The notes under the pieces were generated by a model that made no database searches, had not been told where the DNA came from, and saw only the letters and a program-made list of their open reading frames with translations. The translations under genes were made by a program, and so were the position numbers. Positions 1 through 12,859 of a DNA stretch of 64,000 bases are shown here, piece by piece; the first letter of the stretch is position 1, and each line of letters starts with the position of its first letter. This DNA comes from Phoronis australis (taxonomy: Eukaryota; Animalia; Phoronida). The stretch spans positions 105,304-169,303 of the forward strand of contig NMRA01000472.1 of NCBI GenBank assembly GCA_002633005.1, read 5' to 3'.

Positions 1-757
1 CCAAACACTAAAACTGCACACATTTAAATCTTTTTTCATCCGTATAATTTTAATTACCAGGGTTAATTAATAAACTCACCATTTTCCTACGCTCTTACTG
101 TTTTATTTTTTTTGCGGCAGCCAAGGGGGGGGGGGCCCGGGTCCCCTGAGCCCCCCCCTAAATCCGCCTATGGGAACTGTTATACTACATTTGTGGACAT
201 CGTACGTGCTGCTCAGACTCGGGTGTTGCTCACTGCCAAATTTGCAACGAAAGGCACACTTGATGGGCCAAGAAGTCTACAAAGGATCAATGTTTACGTA
301 TCTTACAATAATTTATTTTTGAGGAGGTTAAAATTCGTTCTTACATTTAAGAAATAAGCTTAATGTACAGTTGACAACTTCTATCTTCCAAGAAGTGTAT
401 TACGGTGAGAACCGTCTACCAAAGGGTGGAAGTTCACGACAAAGGTAATAAAATGGGTTTTTATCGTGACGATTCTCTAAAAAAAAGCTTATCCCTGTTG
501 TTCAGCGGTAAAGTAATGCCATTATTCCTGAGTATGTAAAAATATTGTATTTATCGAAAGGACGCCGCTCGAGGAATTCGCGTACAGTCGAATTTGTACT
601 TAGACCCAGTACCATTGTAGAAACTAGACGGTTCCGATATATTCTGGCTTATGGTTGGTCATAAAAAAACGTCGAGTAGCTTACCAACGAAGGCATATCC
701 TTCTAACAAGGTTGCAGACTGGTCCGCTCCTCACAATAATTTTCTTTCAGTTTTGAT

Positions 758-813
758 TCCATATTAATGTCCGTTGGGTAACGGCTCCATATTAATGTCC
801 GTTGGGTAACGGC
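758..813. repeat. 28-bp tandem duplication
   Basis: TCCATATTAATGTCCGTTGGGTAACGGC x2. Confidence 0.9.
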
Positions 814-1739
814 AATACATCACAATCTCACTGTCCGTGTTATTCATAGTAAATGGACTGCACTGATGCGACACCTATCAGGCTAGGCATCACACGAGAC
901 TTTCCAAATAAGGATGTCATTAAAGTCAGGAACTAGACCGCATTTTCTGCATGATTGTGGCTAATCTGCATGTCACAATGAAACTGTACCATTGTCGCAA
1001 AACGCGCTCAAGTTGAACATTGCGTAACCCGTAGAAATACAGCCATGAATGTGCTTTCACCTTTATTTCGAAAATGTGCGTTGACATCATTGCACTGGTT
1101 AGCTCATGGGTCCGGAAAAAAACAACTCAAAACCAACCCAAAAGCGCCTTAATTACTTAATACTATTTTCTCTGTGAATGTATCTGTTTGTTTACACATA
1201 CTTACGTAAGGAACAAGCTGAGACTAAGGTTTCATATTTGTAAGTGGTCTCAATAAAAATTGAGATGAGTAATGCAAAATAAACACCAAGGGTTGGATAT
1301 AAAAATAAAGTGACAAATGTCAAAATAATGACTATAAATGCATTTTTTAAATGCATTTATCGTCATTTAAAAAATTAATTCATCGTAATCTATTTTGCCT
1401 GGGGTACGGCACGAGCTATGTTGCAGAGTAAAACAAGATGAGGATTGAGAATAATGTCATTTATTATGACGTAAGTATAAGAACTAAATAAGACTCTGCA
1501 AAATGGGCATGGAAAAAACGCGATAATGGCAGTATGGGAACACTGACATGGCCCATCAGAGGAAGAGTAACCCAGGCAATAACAATGATACACTATGAAG
1601 AAATATACACAATCAACAAAGGTATAACTAAAGGTAGAATATAAAAGAAATAGAATATAAAATTCAACAATGGAAATAGCGTGAAAAGTACCTAGGACTA
1701 ATGACTAGAATTTGCAAAGGCTGCAATTACGGACCTTTG

Positions 1740-3680
1740 GGTTGCAGGCTGCAACAACAGACCTGCGCGGAGAGGAGGTAGGCTGCAACAACAGACCTGA
1801 CTTGGGTGGGAAAAACCTACATGGGATGAAACCACAGACCCAGTGTAGTGGAAAGAGGTTAAAAAGTATAAGTGAGAGAAATGAGGAGCTGCAACAACAG
1901 ACTCTCCGGGAGTTGAGCGAAGCTTGGTTAAGTGGTAAAAGAATACATGCGAATGTAGTTTTTTAGTGCATCAGACTTCCAGCGTCCCATGCGCTGGATC
2001 ACCGGTTCAGGGGATGCCAAGGTTGGTCGCTGAATTGGCTGCGCCTATGCGAAAGGTATGTGACTTGGTGTCAAGGCCTGCAAAGGAAACTACTTCAGGT
2101 CACGCCTCCAAGAGGTGTGGCGGGATCGTTGTCGGATGAGGGATCAGCCAAGAACCCTGGGAAAAGGCGACCAAAAAACTGGAACGAGAAAGTGCATCAG
2201 CAACAACGCTAGTGAAGCCAGGGATATGTTTTTCCCGATCAAAAAGTTAAATGTAAGAGAGGAGATGACAAGACGACTTAGGGACATAATGGGGGTGTCG
2301 GGAAGAGGTCTAGCTGATAATGTCGACGACGGCACTGGTGTCTCACAGGAAGAGAATCTTGTTGTAGTCGAGCTTCGAGACCCACAGCTCAAGCGCTTTA
2401 GCAATAGGAAGAAGTTCCTTGAATGTGATGTGGTGGCTTTGAAGGTGCTCGGGCCACGAGCAGGCAAACCAGGAGGCCCCCAGCGTCGCGGCGAAGTTCC
2501 CGTTGGTGCCTGCAGCGTCGGAGTACAGTTTTATGTTGTCTGAACATGTCCATTCGTCGAATAGGAACAGTGTTTTCCTATTGAAGTCCAGGACGAAAAT
2601 TGACCAAGCCCTGAGGTCCACTCTGGCTTCTTTATTTAGAGTGACGAAGTGGTCTGGTCTCGAAATACCAATAGTTTGGTTGATGAAGGCGGCGCAGGGA
2701 GGCGCGGCCGGGCACGATGACGGAGCAGGCGAAGTTTAGTAGCCGAGGAGAAGGTCAGCAGCTTTGTCTATCTTGTACTGTGGGAGAGAAGAAATCATGG
2801 TCATGGAGTCGAGATGGATGCCGTAAATAATGATTGAGGTGGTCGGTTAAATCGTCTTGTCATGATTGATAGGGATGCCCACGGAGTCGCAGAGTGACAT
2901 GAATGCGGCGAGGTCCTTAGAGCACTTCGACGAGGATGGGGGACCCACGAAACAAAAGTCATCGAAGTAGTGAGATGCGCCGGCGACATTAAGCCTGTTT
3001 TCCATTGAATCGCAGAGACGACCTTTTCGATGATGGTGCAGCTGTAGGCATGGCCAAATGGTAAGCACTTGTTGTTGAAGTTGTTGGCTCAAGAGAGGCT
3101 TAAAAGGTGGTAGTCGTCAGGGTGAACCGGTACCATGCGAAAAGCGTCCTTGATGTCAGTCTTAGGCATGAGGGAGTTGTTTCCACACCGTTGAACGGGG
3201 CGGATAGCGTGAGTGATGGATTGGTAGTGGACTTGAGAGAATTGAGTGGGAATTAAGGGGCTAACTGAGTTAGAGTGACGAGATGGATATGACAAGTTAT
3301 GAATGAGACGAAAACTGTCAGGTTGCGAGTTAGGGACGAGGGCAAGGGGTGGCGTAGAGTAAAAGGGGCATGGAGGGGACGAGCATAACGACCCAGAAGA
3401 ACTTCGGTCTGTATTTTCGGAACAGTAACAGTATGGTTACGGAGAGCAGACGGGTGGTTGGTGGGGGGATTTGGGTGGCAGATCTGGAAGGTGCCGAGCC
3501 TGAAACCGAAAGAGAAACAATTTATGAGTTCTGTAGTCAAGAGGGTGTCTTAACCTTAAAGGAAAGGTTTAAGTTTGGTTACCTTTACAGGTGTCGGGAT
3601 GCCTGGCAGCAGAGCTGCCGGGCGCGGTGACGGTTTTGGTGACACAGAAGCCACAACAGTGCTGTTATCGGCGTAGTATA
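1740..3680 (-). mobile_element. Decayed DIRS/Ngaro-like tyrosine-recombinase retrotransposon
   Basis: Frameshifted minus-strand RT (PTPV..LKPFL, GFRLG, KTDIKDAFRMVPVHPDDYHLL, HYFDDF) and RNase H (DLRAW..F..FN, YSDAAG). Recombinase C-terminus SHTFRIGAA...IQRMGRWKSDA..NYIR at ~1945-2080. GCTGCAACAACAGAC is repeated three times at 1747-1901. Confidence 0.85.
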
Positions 3681-4194
3681 AGGATTCTTGAGTTGTGTGC
3701 TTCCATTGAACTTCTTTTATAAATCGTGACCTAAGTTCACAATATCCCTTGCAAATCAACAGGAAATGGTATTCATCCTCTACAAGACCATCATTGCAAA
3801 GTAAACATCATCTATTATAGTATTCCACTTTCTCGTGTCAACCCACTTCCACTTGGTTGGAGCAACGTAACCGAGTAAACGCTTGAATAAGACTATTATG
3901 TAGCGGTATCTTACTTTAAAACGAGACTTCGCACGTGACACCTTGATTCAACCAAATTTCATGAAAACCGTATTTTGATAGCAATTGTCTAACAGAAGAT
4001 ACCCAAGTATTTCTCAGATTCCGATCTAAATCAGCTAACATGTCATAAGCCGCTTAAGCGTATAGCTAGGTGGCATTTTCATCAACTTCAGCATATATTT
4101 AACACATGTGACATAGTACTTTGCATAGATCGGATTTAATTCCACATTCGGTCAATACAGCTGCGTTTGAGCAGGTTTCCAACTCCACGAGCAG

Positions 4195-4344
4195 CAGTGC
4201 TGTAGTGGTAAAATTAGAGGTAAGTGGGCGCCCAAAGCCCACCGTATCACCTTGAACACTGAACGTAACTTACGGTGCGTAAGCGCTACGTGCCAAAAGG
4301 TAGTTGGCTGCGACTACGTGCGCCTACGCCCCACTACAGCACTG
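4195..4344. mobile_element. hAT-like MITE (150 bp) inserted in the LINE
   Basis: Perfect 14-bp TIR CAGTGCTGTAGTGG / CCACTACAGCACTG; 8-bp TSD ACGAGCAG / AAGAGCAG (one mismatch). Confidence 0.85.
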
Positions 4345-5293
4345 AAGAGCAGCTTCACAGAATTTAACATATACATTTTCAAGTCATTCATTTTCTTTGA
4401 ATAACCAGATTTCCGCACCGTAGCACAAATTTGGCACAACAATTTTATCAAACAGTTCAAGTGATAGGCTAAATGGTAATTCCGTGCACTGGTTTCTAAT
4501 TTTAGAGACAGACATAGCAGCTTTACTACCTTGACGTGCCAGAGTTTTAGTCCCTTTGGACCAAACTAATCTTGGTGTAAAAATATCCCAAGATATTTAT
4601 ACTGGGAGACAACCTCCACTAATTGATTTCCATGATACCACTTCTCATACGCTTGAGTGGTCCGCCATTTCTAAAAACAATGATCTTAGTGTGTTTTTCA
4701 GATTTAAACTCATGCCCCAAAAAGAGCTACAGTCATAAAGGCAGTTAAACATTCTTTGCAAATTAATTTGAGTGCTCGAACACAGAACCTTGTCATCAGC
4801 ATACAACAGCGATTTGACTTCTGGCGCATCTTCATTGACAAAAATCCTTCTAATGTTTTGGGCATTATCTAGGACTTCGATATATTCGTTACGATATATG
4901 ATAAGCAATAGTGGACTGACCATACACCCTTGTCTGGTGCCTACAAAACAGTAAAAAAGTTGATTAACCCTTCTCGAGTCCACGTAATTTGCTGTACACA
5001 GATTTCAGGACTTTAAGTACGTTACCATCTACACCATTTTTTTGCAATCTATACCGGAATAGCGTATAAGGAACTCTGTCAAACGCCTTCGAAAAGTCGA
5101 CAAAAGCACAATAAAAACGACCCCCGTCTTAGTGATATATTGTTGGCACATGGTCTGAAACGTAAACATTTGATCCTGGATGCAATACCTCTTGCGGAAT
5201 CCCGCCTGTGATTCCCGAAGTTCGTCATTTGCCTCAGCCTAGGTGCTAAGCAGGTTATTCAAAAGTTTGGTGAATAACTTTCCTGCTGCTGAC

Positions 5294-5417
5294 TGTTATG
5301 TTTTTGTAATAGAATATAGCTGAAACTTATAAATAAAAGAAATGTAAAATATATTGACATTAATTAATAATGACGTTACAAAAGGATGACGTCATAGAAA
5401 ATTATAACATCACAACA
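5294..5417 (-). repeat. 3' LTR (124 bp)
   Basis: Direct repeat of 7727-7846 with TGT...ACA termini. Confidence 0.9.
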
Positions 5418-7726
5418 CCTCCCCGCCTTATTGAGCGAAAGCTTGTCTTTTTTAATCTCTCGGACCTTCTCAAGTTGTGTGACCCATATTCATTTCCCGT
5501 TGGAAGTCGTGGGTTTGGGCGCTTCTTTTCGGGTATCATCCATGGATGAATAGCTGCTTTCGGTGATCTGTTTTGATGTTCAGCACAAGCCGTGCAATGA
5601 CGTACCAGTTCTTCATTATCCTCGTTAATATGTGGCCAATAAACCACTGTCCGTGCTAGTTGCTTCATTATCTGAATTCCGAAATGGCCAATATGAAGCA
5701 GATCCAACACCTGTTTTCGTAATCTCTTTGGAATAACTATCCGTGCACCATAAACAAGACATCCATCTTCTGTGGTCAAGGTATTTTTCAATTTTCTGAA
5801 ATATTTCATATCTTCGGAATCCATGGAAACTGGCCAGTTGTATGGTGCAGTTGTAGACTTACTTGCTTAACAGAACAGACCACATTCACGTCTGCTTGTC
5901 CTTCCTCCCTGTCTAATTTTGGATCCTTACCGCAGGGTTAGCGACTCAGTGCATCTGCATTAGAATGATCAGATGTTTTTCGATACTCTATTGTGTATTC
6001 ATACTGGCTTAGATGTAACGCCCATCTTGCTAGTCGATTAGCAGCCATAGCTGGAACTCCTTCAGTTGATCCGAAAATAGAAACTAAAGGTTTGTGATCA
6101 GTTATCAAAATGAAACGTCTTCCGAAAAGAAATTGGTGAAATTTCTTTAGTGCGAAAACAATTGCCAGAACATCACGTTGAATTTAACTGTACCTCCTTT
6201 GAGTGTCCGGGAGAATCTTTGAAACATTGGCAATCGGACGTTCACTACCATCAGGATAGCAGTGAAATAGAACGGCTCCAATCCCAACATTAGAAGCCTC
6301 ACATGAAATTCCCAACTGTTGTTTAGGATCGTAATGAGCCAGAACTGCATCTGTACACAGTATTTCTTTTAAACGCTGAAAACTGCATTCTCCTCAGCTC
6401 CCCATTTCCATGGCTCATCTTTCCGCGTCAAATGGCTCAGAGGAGCAATCAAGGTAGCTAAGTTAGGAATGAACGTAGATGGGAAACATCTGATGGGGAT
6501 GGCATTTCAAAACAGCATCAACTTTGTTACCTTTATTAAAGGAGAACAGTAAAACAGACTGCGTGTGAAACCAATGACGTAATTGGGTAACTTCAACTTC
6601 TGCAGACAGGTGTCAGGTAACGCAACGTGCCATTATCGAGTAGAACTACTCGATCTAAAATGATACAAAAAAGTTGTTTTTTTTTCGGTGGCTTGCTCCT
6701 TTAATGCCATCACGTGAAAGCATGTGACCTAAGTATTCTACAATTTGCTGACCAAGTGAGCATTTTTCCAAGCGACATCTTATTCCATTGTCAGGTTCAG
6801 GTTTGAATAGGTCTGGAAATTCATCGCAGATGATTTTACAAGCGTACTGAAACTCTACATCCCTTTTCTTGTCCTCAAGACAAACAACACCAACTTTGTC
6901 ATTTTGGTTGTCATCCCGCAAAGTAGAATTGCTACAGAGTGCGGTGACGTCAATCTTTAGCTGTCGAACTGCCGTTCGGCCAACAACATTCAAATCATGT
7001 TTGCTTACTACTAATTCAATATTTGCTGTATGCTGCGAATTGGACTGTAATGTTGCGTTTGTACTGAAAATTCCCAAAACTGGTAATGGTTTTTCATTTG
7101 CCGCGAAATACTAACTGTGTGATGGAGATAAAACAGGTTTTCCAAGTTTAAACCAAACCTTATCCGAAATGAAATTGTCCGGTGATCCAGTATCTACGTC
7201 AAATGTCTGTTTTTGCCGCTTATGTGAACAACAATCTGAATTGGATCTCGATCCGAAATGTGATTAACTTTCGCTTAGACATACAGCCTTTCTTGTGACA
7301 GAAACGGCATTCAGTCTTTTTAAAACGACAATCCATTGCCGCGTGGTCTTTTTTTCCACAACGGGGACATATTCCCTTTGGAAAAATTCTAAACTTCTGT
7401 GCTATGCCCTGCCTGCTTTCTTCCCTCCATTCCTTTTGTAACTTAAGCACTGGATCTCCGTAAATCTTTTCTTTTGCAACTATGGCTTTCTTAAAAGATA
7501 ATTCGTCATCTTTGGAATCTGGACCAATAATCCTTCCAGAGTTCCATTGAACTGTCGAACGCACCAAAAGTTGGCGTACACGTCGTTGGTTGGTGCATCA
7601 ACCTTCTAGTGATCATCTCAGCAAAACGCTGATGATTCTCTTGCTGTTGGTTGATTTGTTGTTGTAATAACGAAATAATGCCAGCCAACTCACCCATTTT
7701 TATATCCTGCAAACGACGCCAAAATC

Positions 7727-7846
7727 TGTTATGTTTTTGTAATAGAAAGAAGCGGAAACGCATAAAAGAAATGTAAAATATATTGACAGGAATTAATAAT
7801 GACGTCACAAAAGGATGACGTCATAGAAAACTATAACATCGCAACA
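7727..7846 (-). repeat. 5' LTR (120 bp)
   Basis: Direct repeat of 5294-5417, with several substitutions and indels. Confidence 0.9.
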
Positions 7847-8850
7847 CTGACAACAACGAGATGCCTCTATGATTGTTCTCGTCTTCAACGTTACCCTGTT
7901 TGAATACTATAGGCACAAAATTATTGCGTCACACCAGCCCTGTGGGCATTGACCTGTAGCGAGAATTACATGGAAAAGCAGGAATAATCGCTACCCTTGT
8001 ACTCTTCAACATCAAACACAACATGATCAATGTCGGCTGCTTTGCCGTTTGGAAGATCCATTATAGTGCAGTCAATTTCCTCACATGAGAAACAAGTGTT
8101 CATATCAGTGGGTATTTTTTCGTCTACAGCATCACAATAATTGTCATGATTTTCTTGTTGTCTTACGACCGCATTTGACATAGTGTCGTTCGGTTACACC
8201 CGTTCATTGAGCAACAAATTAAAATCTGAAATATGTTGAAATAGACTTGTTGACACGATCAAAACATGTGGCTGGAACTCGCTATGTTTATCACTATGAC
8301 TCCTACCGTTTACAATATGCATATTTAAGACACAACACACCTCAATTACAGTTTTGCCAGAATTATTTACTGTTTCATCTTTAGACATATCACAGTCTAT
8401 AGCAAATGGACGGGTAGATGACGACTAAACGATCCACCCTCCTAGCGATGATAGCCACGAAAGTAAGTGCAAGTCCCAGTCACAGTGCAACCATGCGAAC
8501 GATTGGGAACAAAAATGAAAAGCTAAAGCGGTGCGAGATATTTGACAAGACACGTATTGTGTGTAAATTTCATATCAGTTGGTCTAGCAACGGGACTTGT
8601 GTGTCGTGAACAAACAAGAAAAAACCAAGCACGCAGCAAAAAATGACTACAGAGAGACTTGCCGAGTTTCATTACACCAAGTACCGAAACAAAGTATTGT
8701 CATTTACATTTAATCAATGAACTGGCAGAGCTTAAAATCTGTATTGACAACTACAACGGGTTTAATTTACGATGCTCAATGAGTCATGTGCTGTGTTTTA
8801 GTACATACGGGCTCTACCGACATTCCCTGGAAACTTTGAAAGGTACGTTT

Positions 8851-9116
8851 ACTACGGAGACCCCCGAAGTGACACGAAAGAAAAAATATCTTGTTCCCAC
8901 AAGTACCTATTTCGTGGAAGCCTGTTACAAACTCACTTCTTAAGTTTTGTATCTCGTTCCCACGAATCGAGCTACGCGACAATGAGTCACTAAGTCACTT
9001 TCTACACTTTCCACGACTTACGTTAGTAGTGGAATCGAGACACTTAGTCGTGAGAATGAATTAGTAACTCGTTTTCAAGAGATTTTTTCTTTATGTAACT
9101 TAGGCCACTCCGTAGT
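8851..9116. mobile_element. MITE-like element
   Basis: Termini ACTACGGAG ... CTCCGTAGT with a degenerate extended inverted repeat (AAAGAAAAAATATCTTG / CAAGAGATTTTTTCTTT). Confidence 0.55.
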
Positions 9117-12100
9117 TTATCAAATCACGCGAATGATGTTACTGCCAGTGCACTCAGTTCTAACTAATTCTGTTTCTCCGGACTCGGATAACAAAGCCCA
9201 AAACCCAGTAAAACGAATAATGTATTTTTATTGTTACTGGTGAATGATCCCGCTTTACAAAAGTACAATTGAGAAGTAGGTGGCATTCGATCATAAAATC
9301 TGCAGTATGGATCATAGCGGTCACAGTCCATGCAAACATTTATTTAAATTGCAACAACCAGCAGTCGCCCTCACACGACTGCAAAGTTACTAAGTTAAAC
9401 CAAGCGTTACTATCAAACTGACAAATCTATCTCGTTAAGACATAAATTGAAATTAAGTTTGTTTTCCTAGCCCGACCGAAAGTATGTTAGCACAACTGAA
9501 AATATTTTATTTAATATCTGACAAAAGAAATATTTTTTCAGTTGTACAAGTAAATGCGGCATACAGTAACCAATTTGGCTGTTCAAATCACATCTTGTGA
9601 GGACTTTTGAAGTAGAGTTAAAAGGGCATCCAAATGTTTCTGGGCGTAAGTAAGACTAGCGGCGTTAGATTTGGGGACTCCGCATACAGCACAAGAGGCA
9701 CGAAGCTACTGTCAACAAATTCCAGTCGGAGCGGTATGGGACCAATTGCAATGCCTTCCAAGGTGTGTCTATATGGAAAATCTTACCGGAGGAAATTAGA
9801 CTTGTAAAAAGTGGTTTTCAAAACTTCAGCCTCGCATCGTGTGTAAAACATCAACTGCAAATGCTAAGGTGACAGAATGTAGAATTCTATACTTGTGACC
9901 ACTTCCTCCGCTCACATTTCTATTTGTTATTGGCATTTTTGGCATTATAAATACCATTTACTAAAGATTTATAAATCATATCGGTTACTAGTAGATGTGC
10001 TACCGTTTTCTTTGATATATTTTCCATGCCGACGTAAAATAAAGGTTTTACTTCAAGACTCACTTGGTACTTTAAACAAAAAAAAACGAAGCATCCCCCG
10101 ATGAACGAGGTTAAAACTGTCGAAAGACAACTAACTGAAATTGATGTGGAAACTGATATGAACGCTAACGAATTGTCTTAATATTGGTGATGGTGTCATT
10201 CCGCGCGTGATCTCTCCAAAACTCCTCTGTGTCGCCATTGACAATAAGTTAATATTCCATAAATATATGGTGACGAACTGAACTACGCGCCAAAGTAGGC
10301 AAGCATCTTTGGATCAATATTATATCGACTCCGCAATTTTCTTCTTGATCAGGAAACAAAATTGAATATCGCGCTTTTATTATGTCGAAGAAAATGGAAA
10401 GATTCAGTTTCGTGCCCTTAATAAGTTGACGTATAATGATCTACGGTCTGGATGTTCAACTTTGCTGTTCAGGACATGGAAGCACNAAAACGGGGCCACT
10501 AGGTTCAGGCCTACGAATTGTACATCTGCGCCGATTTCCTCAGTGTGTCCTTTGTGGACTTTTGAGTCGTTTACTCGGACTTTTTTTTACTGAGGTGGAC
10601 CTTTTTGCCCAATTCGCCCCGAGCCCCCCCCCGTGGGTGCCCCCATGCAGGACAAACGCCGTTCCATTAGTTCATAGACACTTGGGTCCGTAATAAAAGT
10701 CTTCAAACACATTCAACACATAGACCCTGTAGCTGATGTGGTGGCCATGCGGCATAGCAAACCACGTTTCATTTGAGTCGTACTTCTTTATTTTGTTCAG
10801 TATTTTAGCCGCATGCGCGAGTGATTAATGATTTTGCGTGTATTCTGTAGTAAGATATGGTTTTGCTCGAAAAAGCGACTTGATATCAAAAGTTCAACAC
10901 GTAAATATTTACAGCACGAGTCTACATGTTAGGTGGTTAAACGGTGGGTCCTTGTCACGATGGCCTGAGGAATGTTTCAATTGTTAATGTTAGTCGTGCA
11001 TCTCACACAAAACTTACCGAAGGCCTTTTCCAAATAAATGACTGTCCTCCTGGAAGTACTTTCTTTTTAAAGACAGAAGAGTCTATTGTAGGAAATTCAG
11101 GATCCTCGAACAAGCAGTTTTTATCTTTGCATTGTTTACGGATCTCCGAAGGGATCTGACCGTTAAAGTATTCGTACGCCATGCTTTAGGACAACAAACA
11201 ACTACAGTGTAGACCTATCTAGTACGTCTTTATCCTTCACCAACAGGTTGTATCGTCCACCAAATCTCACTTGTTAGGTCAATCAGGATGAACTGACCCA
11301 GAACGTGTGTGTACCAGGTTAAATAGGGGTTTGCGTAGACCGGAGGGTCACTCGAAAGGTTTTCGACGGGTTGTGCTACTGGGAAACTGAATAGGTCAAC
11401 CCACCTCTCGTTTGAAAATGGGAGCACTACATTTAACATATGTAGGCCCTACGCACGGCAACGCCAATTAAAACCTCGGGATTTCGAAGAAATTTTCTTC
11501 CATAACATGAAAATAATTGTGCTGTTGCTTTTAAACCCCATATTTTTTATTCTATTGAAATTCAAGAAACATCACCTGACCGTGAAACTGTTACCCGTCC
11601 GAGTTACGTCCCGTACACGCGCGCTACGCACGTCCCCTGCGGAATGTTACCGTGAAAAGACCTATATTGAGAGTTATAACATTATCCGATCCCCGGCCGC
11701 CGGGTTGGCAGCTGGATGGAAACTGTAGTCCGTAAACTACTCTGATGAATAAAGAGCGTAAAGACACTTTTTACGCCGGTGTCTCAGTTATCAAGATGAA
11801 TTAAAAGTGGGTTTCACGGGCTTAAAATGCGGGTCTAAATTACGAGAGCATATTACACGCGTAAAATTGATATATCTGTTAGCGCTAGTCGAGATGTTCA
11901 CGGTGGTCGTCACGCCAGCAGCCGTTTACGGGGTAACTGAGTGTAATTTTACAGGCCCAACGTTTTGAGTACTGACATGACCTGCAATCTAATCTGCAAT
12001 TGGACAGAATGATTGCGCTCCTAAAACGCGGGTGTTAAAACTCATTACCTCCGGAATTTTCGAGGGTAATTTTTGAAAAAACAGTTCCCCCCAGAGGTCA

Positions 12101-12859
12101 ACCATAGCAATGTTCTCTGCACAGCAAATAACGGCCGCGACAAATACATAATTACATTTACACACGACCTACATACAGTAGTTTATGCCTCATTTCTTCA
12201 CAAATCTATCTGATAAACGGGGCCGTACACAGGTTATGCTACTGTACACATACCTGAGACAGACAAAACGCTAACGGTGAAGGAATACAATAAAGTCACT
12301 TCAGCCTTACAGTTTGTTGTTATTTTAGAGCTCAATTATCCTGTAAGAAGTGTCTCAAAATATAAACAACCTAAAATAACAAAAAGCAGTTCAGATGGCA
12401 GGTCACTATTTTTTAGAAGATGGTACGAGTATGTCAACAAAACAAAACAAACTCAAAGCATGCGATCCATTTCAAGGCATCTATAGTGGCCCAGCCTCCT
12501 ATGGTGCGTCGCCCATGTAAGTTTCAAATATTCTAAAATGCAATCTGAATTCTTTTTGGGAAATCTTTTGCTTCACTGGCTTGCCTCATACTATGCTGTC
12601 GACCTCAAGTTCGGAGGGCGATCAAAGATGATGATCTGCCGTTATCAATATCCATCTTGTCAGTCAGCTGTCTGTCGAATGACTCTGAGCGCATACATCA
12701 TTAGATCTAGGGAGATTGGAAACTCTGTGGTGACCACAGAGTTGTTCCTTAGCGCCGCTAATGAAAAAGTCGAAAAATCCACGGTTTCTGAAATATGCGG
12801 CATATTTCAGAAACCGTGGATTTTTCGACTTTTTCATTAAATTCCCTCACAGGGGAAAG

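Larger units (their letters stand above)
5294..7846 (-). mobile_element. Internally deleted Ty3/Gypsy (Mag-like) LTR retrotransposon with both LTRs
   Basis: TG...CA LTRs at 5294-5417 and 7727-7846; 5-bp TSD CTGAC (5289-5293 and 7847-7851); PBS TGGCGTCGTTTGCAGGAT (tRNA-Ser-like) next to the 5' LTR; PPT AAGGCGGGGAGG next to the 3' LTR. Gag knuckles (CPRCGKKDH...CRFCHKKG), protease (DTGS), RT tail (VEYLGH), RNase H (TDHKPL, RLARWAL) and integrase HHCC (HIGHFG...CTAC). Confidence 0.93.
3690..8420 (-). mobile_element. Decayed non-LTR retrotransposon (LINE ORF2), interrupted by the Gypsy element and a MITE
   Basis: Minus-strand fragments: endonuclease tail (LNMHIVNGR), PNGKAADID, NNHRGISLLS|..GKLFTKLLN, QAGFRK, FVDFSKAFD, GTRQGCMVSPLL, LLYADD, and a C-terminal EDEYHFLLIC..Y..LR knuckle. 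Confidence 0.85.

Noticed and set aside
2115-3630. Plus-strand ORFs of 78-142 aa
   Set aside because: They are antisense shadows of the DIRS-like RT/RNase H on the minus strand.
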